64,000 nucleotides of DNA from a virus. Where the stretch lies: positions 108,724 to 172,723 of the IMG/VR virus record IMGVR_UViG_3300009082_000016. The stretch is one strand, 5' to 3'. Each line of letters opens with the position of its first letter. Position 1 is the stretch's first letter. The position numbers were made by a program, and so were the translations under genes. The notes beneath the pieces were generated by a model, which did no database searches, was not told the origin of the DNA, and saw only the letters and a list, made by a program, of their open reading frames with translations. Shown here in pieces: positions 1 through 7,807 of this stretch.

Positions 1-159
1 GACGAGGTAGGTGCCGTGTACCTCCGGCTTCAGGTCTGACGTACGCAGGACGCAGAACCCGACCTCGATGATCTCGCTCTCCTGACCGGACGGTGGATCA
101 CCCTCCCAGCAGGTGGATTCCACGTCCACGACCAGCACCCGGTTCAGCTTGATCGGCAT
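1..159 (-). CDS. DEDDh 3'-5' exonuclease (ERI-1/KapD-like), N-terminal part, runs off the window
   Basis: Hand translation MPIKLNRVLVVDVESTCWEGDPPSGQESEIIEVGFCVL: ExoI motif D-x-E-x-T-C followed by EIIEVG. Confidence 0.8.
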   Translation of the reverse strand, partial: MPIKLNRVLVVDVESTCWEGDPPSGQESEIIEVGFCVLRTSDLKPEVHGTYLV

Positions 160-169
160 CAGAACTCCA

Positions 170-403
170 TCACCTGCTCCAGCACGCGATCGACAGCTCG
201 TCCAGGGTGTTCGCCATCCGCCGCAGGTCCTTCGACGAGAGGACACAGCCGAGACCCTGGTCCAGGGCCAGGTGCCCGTCGGTCAACTCGCCGCGGACGT
301 CACCGATGAACGCCTTCGCCTTCTCCCGGCTGTCCGCCACGACGTAGTCCAGGAAGAGTTCGTCGTCGCTCGAATCCGCCGAGACCACGAGGTACTTCTT
401 CAC
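170..403 (-). CDS. hypothetical protein
   Basis: GTG start after GGAGGA, overlapping the upstream stop. Confidence 0.6.
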   Translation of the reverse strand: MKKYLVVSADSSDDELFLDYVVADSREKAKAFIGDVRGELTDGHLALDQGLGCVLSSKDLRRMANTLDELSIACWSR

Positions 404-738
404 CGATCCTCCAGGAAACCCCAATAGAAGCGGGGCCAGTGCTGGAACGTCAGCGTCCCCCGCTTGCCATCCGAGCGCCGGCGCACAACGACGTAGGGGG
501 CCATGAACCCCTCGACCTCGAAATCGCGCTGCATCTCGGTGACGTCCCAGACCTGGTCGTGCTCCTTCTCGAGCGCCTCCCGCTGGGCCTGCTTCGCGTT
601 GATCTCGTCGACCGCCTTCATCCGGGCGTCCTCCGAGGTGTCCTGCCCCGTGCTGACGGGGTCCGGGTTGAAGTTGATGACCTCCACGTTGGGGCCGAAC
701 ACCTTCTTCAGCTGTTCTCCGAGCTTGCTGTTGTTCAT
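400..738 (-). CDS. conserved-looking hypothetical protein
   Basis: GGAAGGG RBS; C-terminal QVWDxxEMQRDFEVEGFMAPYVVVRRRSDGxRGTLTFQHxPRFY block; coupled overlaps. Confidence 0.7.
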   Translation of the reverse strand: MNNSKLGEQLKKVFGPNVEVINFNPDPVSTGQDTSEDARMKAVDEINAKQAQREALEKEHDQVWDVTEMQRDFEVEGFMAPYVVVRRRSDGKRGTLTFQHWPRFYWGFLEDR

Positions 739-1064
739 CCCTTCCTCCCTTGGGGGGTGCCGGTGTGGCGCCCCTTCAACGACGCGAAGTACTTGCCTGC
801 CTTGTTGACCGCCGTCTCCAAGTGCCGACATGCTCTCTCCCCCCAGCGAATCCGCTCCGCCAGGCGCTCCTTTCGCGGCACCTCCACGTCGGACCAGGGC
901 GGCAGCGTGTTCAGGGCCTTCTGCGCCCGGATGCCGTCCAGCACGCCGACCGCCTGATCGGCCATCTCCTGCAGGATCAGCCGTAGGAAAACGAGGTCGG
1001 TTTCGGGGGAAGTCGGAAGAGGCAGCTCCGCAATGTTGGGGGGGTCATCGTCGTCCCGCATCAC
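735..1064 (-). CDS. hypothetical protein
   Basis: ORF with RBS and 4-nt overlaps at both ends. Confidence 0.6.
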   Translation of the reverse strand: MMRDDDDPPNIAELPLPTSPETDLVFLRLILQEMADQAVGVLDGIRAQKALNTLPPWSDVEVPRKERLAERIRWGERACRHLETAVNKAGKYFASLKGRHTGTPQGRKG

Positions 1065-1267
1065 GTCTCCTCGTCCAGGGGCAGGATGGCGTAGTTGGCC
1101 ACGAAGGCCACTTCCCGTTTCGCTCGCTCGAGCTGCTGGATCACCTTGGACTGGGCCTTCATGAACATGATCCGATGGTTGCTCTCGACGACTTCCACCG
1201 TCTCCAGGTACCAGGTGTGGTCCATGCGACCAACGGCGATCTCCACCCGCCGCTTCCGGCCGCGCAT
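1061..1267 (-). CDS. hypothetical protein
   Basis: TGATG coupling; MRGRKRRVEIAVGRMDHTWY. Confidence 0.55.
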   Translation of the reverse strand: MRGRKRRVEIAVGRMDHTWYLETVEVVESNHRIMFMKAQSKVIQQLERAKREVAFVANYAILPLDEET

Positions 1268-1566
1268 CAACCCGCCTTCACCTTCCGGTGGGACTTCTTG
1301 ACACCACCCTTCGGCTTCACCGGAATCCTGGCCACGTGTCGGAAACGCTTGTAGCTCGTCTCGATACGCCACCGCGTCCTTGTCCCGACCTTCCCGTAGG
1401 GCTGGAGCGGGTCGGGAACGACGCACGACGCCTCGCCATGGTCGGCATCCTCTTCACCAGACCCACTCGCACCCCAGCAGAACGCCTTGAGCGGCACGCC
1501 GTTGTACCAGTGCTTCTTGCGCCCGCATACGGGGCAAGGACCGATCACGTCGTCGTACTTCTTCAT
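1267..1566 (-). CDS. small Cys-containing hypothetical protein
   Basis: CPVC motif; AGGAG RBS. Confidence 0.55.
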   Translation of the reverse strand: MKKYDDVIGPCPVCGRKKHWYNGVPLKAFCWGASGSGEEDADHGEASCVVPDPLQPYGKVGTRTRWRIETSYKRFRHVARIPVKPKGGVKKSHRKVKAG

Positions 1567-1784
1567 CCCGTCTCCTTCTTGCCCTTCTCCTGGAACGCAC
1601 CGACCGTGCCGGCGTGGTTGCATTCCTGGCAGATGATGCCGGACTTGTCGTCCCACTCGACCTCGTGGAACTCATCCGCCCCGTCGTCGTGGAAGTTGAA
1701 CCACGCCACGCCGCGGATACGGAAGTACTTCTCCTGCCCGCATTCGGGGCAGCGGATTCCTGCCAGGCAGTTGGTGTTCGGCAT
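1563..1784 (-). CDS. zinc-ribbon protein
   Basis: NCLAGIRCPECG...CQECNH; GGAGG RBS. Confidence 0.7.
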   Translation of the reverse strand: MPNTNCLAGIRCPECGQEKYFRIRGVAWFNFHDDGADEFHEVEWDDKSGIICQECNHAGTVGAFQEKGKKETG

Positions 1785-1915
1785 CAGCCCTCCTCCACGC
1801 TAGAACCGCCATCCATTGCGGACGCAGTTTTCAAGATGCTTCACCTGCGCGTTGAGGATCTCCACGCGGGCAGACAGACACAACACGCCGACCCCCAGCA
1901 GGATGACGGCCAGCG

Positions 1916-2524
1916 TCACGGCTTGCCCTCCACCGGGAACAGCGCGTCAGTCGCATCCGGCCACGTCTGATCGCACACCTTGCGCGGCGTGTTCCATGCA
2001 CACTGGTCGCCCTCACCGTAGATGCTCGTTCCGTTCGAGGCACGTTCGCAGCAATAGAGAACGCGGGCTTCGTCGAGCTCACGCATCGTGGCCTTGCACT
2101 TCGTCTCCCACTCCATCGAGGCGTTCGACCTGAGAACGCAGAGTTGCCGCGATTGCGAAAGATCGGCTTCCGCCTTCTGACGCAGCGTTTCTTCGATGCA
2201 CAGTTTCTCGTGATCTTCTCTGAGCGATGCGGACAACTCGTCGCGCTCACGCTCGGCCTTCTCGGCGCGGGCAGTGGCGGCGTGGTACTCGTTGCGGAAC
2301 GTGTCCCTGTAGCTCCGCATCTCGTCCCTCTCGGCAAACGCACCGAGCGCCTCTTGCTCGATGCCGGCGAGCCGCGACACCTCGGCACGGAGGGCTTCGC
2401 AGGTGTCACACAGGTCCGCCACCGACACTGGCAACACCGCACCGCCAGCGCCTAGCGCGTTGCACGACACGTTGCCCATCATGTTGCGGGCTGCTCGCAC
2501 GAGTTCTTTCGTCAGCGTGGTCAC
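1916..2524 (-). CDS. coiled-coil hypothetical protein
   Basis: GTG start overlapping upstream TGA; heptad-like RAEKAERERDEL. Confidence 0.6.
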   Translation of the reverse strand: MTTLTKELVRAARNMMGNVSCNALGAGGAVLPVSVADLCDTCEALRAEVSRLAGIEQEALGAFAERDEMRSYRDTFRNEYHAATARAEKAERERDELSASLREDHEKLCIEETLRQKAEADLSQSRQLCVLRSNASMEWETKCKATMRELDEARVLYCCERASNGTSIYGEGDQCAWNTPRKVCDQTWPDATDALFPVEGKP

Positions 2525-2754
2525 CAGTCCATCTCCTCTTCCATCTCCACGACCTCCTCCACGATCTCTTCCTCGTCGTCCTCGATTCTGGTCCAACCGT
2601 ATGCGTACACAGGCCACCCGCTGAAGAACACCCAGGTCATGAACTCGCCATTCCACGCGCCGGCCACGCTCGTCACCATACCAAGCCACGTCAGCACCCA
2701 GAACGACACCGATCTTGCCAGCGCACTACCGAAGACCCAAGTCGGCAGCGTCAT
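2521..2754 (-). CDS. small membrane protein
   Basis: Hydrophobic Trp-rich segments and an acidic tail. Confidence 0.5.
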   Translation of the reverse strand: MTLPTWVFGSALARSVSFWVLTWLGMVTSVAGAWNGEFMTWVFFSGWPVYAYGWTRIEDDEEEIVEEVVEMEEEMDW

Positions 2755-2960
2755 CGGGCCACCCGCAACTGCTTGCAGTCCGCCGCGCTCTCTGCCGCAT
2801 CTTTGTCCCCGAACATTGCATTGTAGTTCAGCCAGTCGCAGTAGTGATCCTTCCACGTTGCGATGTTCGGATCGACCAGAACGCAGACAGGGCATGTCGC
2901 CCAGCCAGCCTCCCCGCTCCATTCGTGACCGCACGCACGGCAGCGATACCGCGCAGCCAT
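2751..2960 (-). CDS. zinc-ribbon protein
   Basis: YRCRACGHEW...CPVC. Confidence 0.65.
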   Translation of the reverse strand: MAARYRCRACGHEWSGEAGWATCPVCVLVDPNIATWKDHYCDWLNYNAMFGDKDAAESAADCKQLRVAR

Positions 2961-3411
2961 TTTCACTTCGCCACCTTGGTTCGTTCCTTCGTCAGCGCGG
3001 TCATCGGCCCTACCCCTTCTCTCCCAGGTCCCGCCGGATGACAATCCGCTCCAGCCGATGGCAGGGCTTGCAGCGGACGTAGTACGCCCGCCCCACGAGC
3101 GTCTTCCGCTTGTACTCGCAGCTCAGGCACCACTTCGTGCCCGTGAGCAGGACGCAGTCGCCGGTGTCCTTGAACAGCGGGCACTTCGTCGAGCAGTGCC
3201 GGTCACCCAGCGTCCGGATCCGAACCCCGTCGATCAGCCGGTTCCGCGCTCTCGTCGAGGGAGATCTCCCCATACTGGAGCGCGAGGAAATGGTAGTCGC
3301 ACGACCGGCAGAACGCCCCCCTCTCGGTGATGTACGTTTCATGTCCCGTCTCCCTTCGATGCTGAGCGGCATCTTCCTTCGCGTCCCGCAGGCTGCCGAA
3401 GTCAGTGCCCA

Positions 3412-3618
3412 TCAGACCTCGGACCCCACGCCGCCCTGGCGCTTCGACCCGGACTCAGGCACGACCACGGTCTGCAACTGCGGCTCCGGCGGCACGGGGA
3501 GCCTTCCCGTACCGCCACATCGCGGGCAGACCGTCATCGACAGGACATCGTCACCCGACTCGTCCTCCAGCTTCCCTGCCCCGTCACAGATGTCGCAAGT
3601 CACCCAGTACTGGCTCAC
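3412..3618 (-). CDS. DnaJ-type CxxCxGxG zinc-finger protein
   Basis: CDICDGAG and CPRCGGTG motifs. Confidence 0.65.
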   Translation of the reverse strand: MSQYWVTCDICDGAGKLEDESGDDVLSMTVCPRCGGTGRLPVPPEPQLQTVVVPESGSKRQGGVGSEV

Positions 3619-4133
3619 GGTTCCCTCCTGCAGGCCCTCTCGGCCTTGGCATTCTGGATCGCACGCTCCCACCCCCGGCGCCGGCCGATGTGCGGCGGGT
3701 CCGCGTAGTACCCCAGCTTCTCCTCCTTCGCCGTGAGCAACGCCCACTCCGCGTAGCGCGGATCGCCCTTCCCGATCATCAGCTCCTTGCGGTGAAGGAT
3801 GCTGGGGTTCTCCTGGGCCTCGCGGTGGAACTTCTTCCTCCCCGTCGCCAGGTTGTAGATCGTCGAGTGCAACAGGGCCGGGTGGGAGTGGTCGACAAAC
3901 CGCGGGTACCACAGGAAGCTGACGATCGGCTGGTGCAGGTGGATCTTCAGCACGTTCCAAGGCGGGCTTGGCTCGGGCAGCGCCAGCTTCAACGCCCCCG
4001 TCACGTAGAACCGCAACTCGGTGGGCAGCCGCGGGATCGACAGCCGGTGGACGTAGAGCGCGTTGCCCGTGCTCTTCCCCACCTCGGACCGCCGGGATGC
4101 GGCCCGGAGGGCAGCCAGGTCGAGGTGTGCCAT
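3615..4133 (-). CDS. stand-alone homolog of the C-terminal domain of DNA phosphorothioation-associated putative methyltransferases
   Basis: Motifs GK-x3-ALYVH, SFLWYPRF-x3-HPAL, ENPSILHRKE, LTAKEEKLG, IGRRRGW match that domain; no SAM-binding motif. Confidence 0.75.
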   Translation of the reverse strand: MAHLDLAALRAASRRSEVGKSTGNALYVHRLSIPRLPTELRFYVTGALKLALPEPSPPWNVLKIHLHQPIVSFLWYPRFVDHSHPALLHSTIYNLATGRKKFHREAQENPSILHRKELMIGKGDPRYAEWALLTAKEEKLGYYADPPHIGRRRGWERAIQNAKAERACRREP

Positions 4134-4136
4134 CCG

Positions 4137-4535
4137 CTACTTCTCCGGAAGCTCGAGCCAGCGATGGCAGTGGTTCTCGACCCAGGTCTCAAACAGGTAC
4201 CGTTGTGGATCGTCCACCCCGGGCCAGCCCCACGAGGTGATCTCGGCCAGCCGCTTCTCGAGCGACTGGATCTCGTTCGAGTGCCGGGACATCTCGAGGT
4301 GGAAGAACCGGGTCAGCACCTGCCGCTGACCGTTCTCCTGCATTGAGTCCAACCGCTTCAGGTCGTCCACGATGCCCACGATGTCCCGCCGATGGGCGCG
4401 GATCTGGTGGCGGCACAGCCAGTACTCCAACGCCCGCGGGATCCAATCGGCCATCGTCTGGTCCAGCGGGACACGCCCGGCAGCCTCACGGACCAGCTCA
4501 GCGTAGCGAATCGTCTTCCGTGGCTTCGTGCTCAC
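4137..4535 (-). CDS. hypothetical protein
   Basis: ORF tiles between neighbours. Confidence 0.55.
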   Translation of the reverse strand: MSTKPRKTIRYAELVREAAGRVPLDQTMADWIPRALEYWLCRHQIRAHRRDIVGIVDDLKRLDSMQENGQRQVLTRFFHLEMSRHSNEIQSLEKRLAEITSWGWPGVDDPQRYLFETWVENHCHRWLELPEK

Positions 4536-5359
4536 TTCACCTTCTCCGTTTCCTCCCCCGTCTCCTTTTCCGTCGCCTTCAACCGCTCGCGGGCCAGCTC
4601 GCGCATCCTGTTCGACAGCGCCCCCTGGTCCGGCGTCGACACCTCATAGGGCAGCCAGTCGCGCTCGATGCGCTTGCGGAACGACGACCACGTCTCCCGC
4701 GTGTACCAGTTGCGCCCCAGCGCCCAGATGCCACCCGGCAGCGTGGTCGTCGGCGTGCTGCCCAGATCGAGGCTGCCGGCGATGCCAAGCACCACATCGA
4801 TCGACGCGGCACGCATCTTCACCAGCGTGGTGTCGAGGCAGTGGATCTCCGGGTCGTGGGCTTCGCACTGCTCGGGCGTCGCCCGCACGTAGTACGCCCG
4901 GCACGACGTCGGGCGGGCCTCGTAGATCGAGCACTTCCCATCCTGGAGGAACAGGCAGGGCACCCGCCGCTCGTACCACTCGGTGTGCGACACCTTCGCC
5001 TGCTCGTCGTGCCGTTGCCGGCACTGCTCCAGGAAGTCGCGCTTGAGCAGGTTGTGGTAGTCCAGGTACGCCGTGGCGATCAGCGCGTCGAGCGGGGAGA
5101 CCACCACGGGGATGGTGCAGCAGCTGCCCGTGTGGCAGTCCTTGCAGGCCGGCTTGATGCCCTCCTTCTCGGCCGCTTCGAGAATCTTCGCGACCAGCTC
5201 ATCGACGCCCTCGAGCATCACGATCGCCATGGACATCATCTTCCGGAAGGTGAGCGGCCCGCTCTTCCGGACTTCCTGGACCCCCTTCCGGACGGTCTTG
5301 TCCATCCGCTCGAGCTCCTCCTTGGCAATCGCGTCGAGAGTTGCTTGCTCCAATCCCAT
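4532..5359 (-). CDS. YkgJ-family cysteine-cluster (Zn/Fe-chelating) protein
   Basis: CKDCHTGSCC and CLFLQDGKCSIYEARPTSCRAY. Confidence 0.85.
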   Translation of the reverse strand: MGLEQATLDAIAKEELERMDKTVRKGVQEVRKSGPLTFRKMMSMAIVMLEGVDELVAKILEAAEKEGIKPACKDCHTGSCCTIPVVVSPLDALIATAYLDYHNLLKRDFLEQCRQRHDEQAKVSHTEWYERRVPCLFLQDGKCSIYEARPTSCRAYYVRATPEQCEAHDPEIHCLDTTLVKMRAASIDVVLGIAGSLDLGSTPTTTLPGGIWALGRNWYTRETWSSFRKRIERDWLPYEVSTPDQGALSNRMRELARERLKATEKETGEETEKVK

Positions 5360-5405
5360 CCCGAAAACCTCCTCTTGGTCTGCTCCACCCGCGGATACCA
5401 TGGCT

Positions 5406-5978
5406 CTACCACTTCTTCCGGGGATCGGCCTTGAGGCCCGTCATCCCGAAGATTCCGTGGGCCTGCACCGTTTGCGGACACCAGCGGGTACTGCCCGGTG
5501 CCCCAATCGAATCGATCTGCTGGGTGTGGAGCACCCAATGCTGTTCCAGACGCTCGGCGGACACCGTAGTTCTGCATCGCACACAGCAACACGGCCGCAT
5601 CAAGGTAACCGGCGTCAACAGCTGATGCAACCCGGCGTTGTAGAACTCCTGACTGGAGTGCCGAAGTTCCTTGTCGATCCCGTCCGACAGGCCCTTTCTT
5701 GCCGCCGCCAACGACGCCTCCCCGTCGTCTCTCCCCCCCGTGCGAGCTCCGGAAGTCAGCCCACTTCTTCTTGCCGCCCAGACGGACAGCAGCTGCAGTC
5801 TTCCTACCGCTCGACGCGCAACGACGGCATAGCGACCAGCCCTGCTAAACCTGGTCGCCTCGCGACAGCACCACTCCACGGCCGACACGGACCCGTAAAC
5901 CGTTTCCACCATCGTGTCCGCCGACAGCTGCTGGGTCACCTGCACCAGTCCGTCCTCCCTGGCTTCCTCCGGAGTCAT
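5406..5978 (-). CDS. hypothetical protein
   Basis: ORF fills the gap; C-terminal Cys cluster. Confidence 0.4.
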   Translation of the reverse strand: MTPEEAREDGLVQVTQQLSADTMVETVYGSVSAVEWCCREATRFSRAGRYAVVARRAVGRLQLLSVWAARRSGLTSGARTGGRDDGEASLAAARKGLSDGIDKELRHSSQEFYNAGLHQLLTPVTLMRPCCCVRCRTTVSAERLEQHWVLHTQQIDSIGAPGSTRWCPQTVQAHGIFGMTGLKADPRKKW

Positions 5979-5982
5979 GCTC

Positions 5983-6345
5983 TCACCAGGGCTTCCCGGA
6001 GCGGCACACCTTCCTTCTATCCCACGGGCGCATGCCGGGCAAGAACTCGGCCCAGGCCACCCGCGGCGGCGCCACGTGCTTCATGTCGAATGGCGCCTTG
6101 CCGATGCGCCGGTCGACCTGCCGCAGGATGCGGGCGATCGTCTCGCGGCTGACGCCCACCATCCGCGCCACCCGACTCGCCGTCAAGCCGAACATGTAGA
6201 CGGTGCGGAACACGAACTGCTCCCGCGGCGGCATCGAACAGAGCGCGGCGCAGAGCCCCACCTGGAACTCGAGGGGCATGTTCTGGACCCACGGGGCGAG
6301 GGAACCACGCCGGCCGCGCTGCTTGGCGCCAAACATGTTCGTCAT
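5983..6345 (-). CDS. sigma-70 region-4-like HTH protein
   Basis: ALCSMPPREQFVF...GLTASRVARMVGVSRETIARIL. Confidence 0.7.
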   Translation of the reverse strand: MTNMFGAKQRGRRGSLAPWVQNMPLEFQVGLCAALCSMPPREQFVFRTVYMFGLTASRVARMVGVSRETIARILRQVDRRIGKAPFDMKHVAPPRVAWAEFLPGMRPWDRRKVCRSGKPW

Positions 6346-6707
6346 CCTCCACCTGCCAGCTTCTTCCCCTCTTCGCAGTCGCAGAGGATGTCGTTGGAGA
6401 TGTGCCCCGTGTCGAGGCACTTCTCGCACTCCATGATCAGGAACTCCTTCCGGCCCCTCACGTCGGCGAGGTAGTCGGTGACCGCGTCCAGGAAGTTGGT
6501 CAGCCCCTCCATGCAGTCGTCATCGTCCTTGCTGAACTGGATCAGCTCCGGCCCCGGCGTCCCGTACTCCACGCCCCGGGCCATCTGGGCGCGGCGGAAC
6601 CGGCCCGATAGCTCCAGCAGGCAGAGCCGCTGCTTCTTCCAGAGCTCAGGGTCGAGCTTCTTGAGAATGTCCTCGATGGTCGCGAATCCAAGATCTCCAC
6701 AAGCCAT
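6342..6707 (-). CDS. hypothetical protein with C-terminal Zn knuckle
   Basis: AAAGGAG RBS; CEKCLDTG...CDC. Confidence 0.65.
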   Translation of the reverse strand: MACGDLGFATIEDILKKLDPELWKKQRLCLLELSGRFRRAQMARGVEYGTPGPELIQFSKDDDDCMEGLTNFLDAVTDYLADVRGRKEFLIMECEKCLDTGHISNDILCDCEEGKKLAGGG

Positions 6708-6725
6708 GTGCTTCTCCTTTCCTAT

Positions 6726-6871
6726 GGTGGCTTCCAGCAGGGACCGGCCGAAGCCGATCCCTGCGACCTGGTGGCGTCAGTCAGAGGCTAGTCCGATTCC
6801 TGTCGCAGCTAGCCGTAACGATCCAGGGCATGCCGGAGTCCCACGTCAGCGGGCCCCTGCTGGAAACCACC
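6726..6871 (-). ncRNA. putative guide-like structured RNA, unit C (third transcribed)
   Basis: 17-bp terminal stem 6726-6742/6855-6871 (one G.U on minus strand); conserved 5' hairpin; C(UUCG)G 3' hairpin; 73-nt pentamer-periodic core. Confidence 0.8.
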
Positions 6872-7018
6872 TTCTGGATCACAGGAGGGACCGGCCGAAG
6901 CCGATCCCGCATCCGAGACGCTAACCTTGCTAGCACGGCCACGCCTAAACGTGACTAGTGGAGCCCGTACCAGCCTTGCCGGAGTCCCACGTCAGCGGGC
7001 CCCTCCTGTGATCCAGAA
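6872..7018 (-). ncRNA. putative guide-like structured RNA, unit B
   Basis: Perfect 18-bp terminal stem 6872-6889/7001-7018; same conserved hairpins; 72-nt periodic core. Confidence 0.8.
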
Positions 7019-7169
7019 CGTCCCCTCCCCGAGGGACCGGCCGAGGTCTAAACCACGGTCGGTCCCGCGGGCTTGCCGGAACTAGGCGGGCCACACCTGC
7101 CCTTGCCTTGTTGAGGCCTTCCCCGAGATGCCGGAGTCCCGCATCAGCGGGCCCCTCGGGGAGGGGACG
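7019..7169 (-). ncRNA. putative guide-like structured RNA, unit A (first transcribed)
   Basis: Perfect 17-bp terminal stem 7019-7035/7153-7169; conserved 5' hairpin; longer 3' hairpin; 66-nt periodic core; starts 5 nt after the upstream stop codon. Confidence 0.8.
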
Positions 7170-7174
7170 TCGAT

Positions 7175-7807
7175 CTACGCGGCCTCTTCCAGGATCCTGT
7201 TGAGCCGGTTCCGGATCCGCGTGAGCGCGGTGCGAAGCACGGGCAGCACCGTTCCCAGGAGCTCGGCCGCCCTGCGGTTGTTCTCGTACTTGTTGAGCAG
7301 GCCCTCGATGTCGTCGATGATCTCCCGGAGAAGGAGGGTGCCGGTGTTCCGCCTGCGGAGCCGTTCCACCGTGTGCTGGTAGGACTTCTTGCTCGTGGCC
7401 GAGGTCCGAACCGACACATTGCCGGTGACGACAATCTGGACCTTCTTGATCTTCACGACCCAGGCATAGCCCCGGGCCATGAGCCGCGCTTCCTGCTTCC
7501 ACTGCTTCTCGGCCGCCTCGCTCCGGTTGGCCGTGAAGCCGACGGAGAGGTTCTCCTTCACCCACGCGGGGACGGGCTCACCATCGAATCGGCCGTCGCG
7601 CCAGGCCGCCACGATGTGGTCGGTCTCGACGGATCCGTTCGCCTGGGTGTTCAACCAGTCGATCGCCCTTCCGTAGAGCATAGCCTGCGCGTCGGTGTAC
7701 ACCGGCGTCCGTGACTGGTAACCGACGAGCGTCGCCCCTTCCGGCAGCTGGCCCGGCTGAACGACGTCCTCCTCGTAGCTGATGATCTCCTTCTTCTCCT
7801 GGGCCAT
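7175..7807 (-). CDS. partner protein of the RAMP-like gene
   Basis: TGATG-coupled to the RAMP-like gene; helical motif VETDHIVAAWRD...SEAAEKQWKQEARLMAR. Confidence 0.7.
   Translation of the reverse strand: MAQEKKEIISYEEDVVQPGQLPEGATLVGYQSRTPVYTDAQAMLYGRAIDWLNTQANGSVETDHIVAAWRDGRFDGEPVPAWVKENLSVGFTANRSEAAEKQWKQEARLMARGYAWVVKIKKVQIVVTGNVSVRTSATSKKSYQHTVERLRRRNTGTLLLREIIDDIEGLLNKYENNRRAAELLGTVLPVLRTALTRIRNRLNRILEEAA

Noticed and set aside
6726-7169. Classical CRISPR array or retron msr-msd
   Set aside because: There is no single repeat alternating with 30-40-nt spacers: the cores are 66-73 nt, periodic and enclosed by unit-specific stems. No cas1/2/6 and no reverse transcriptase occur in the window.
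6945-7565. ORF-track ORFs crossing the array (6945-7565 minus, 6478-6924 plus)
   Set aside because: Shadow frames with no RBS and implausible composition; the region is better explained as structured RNA.
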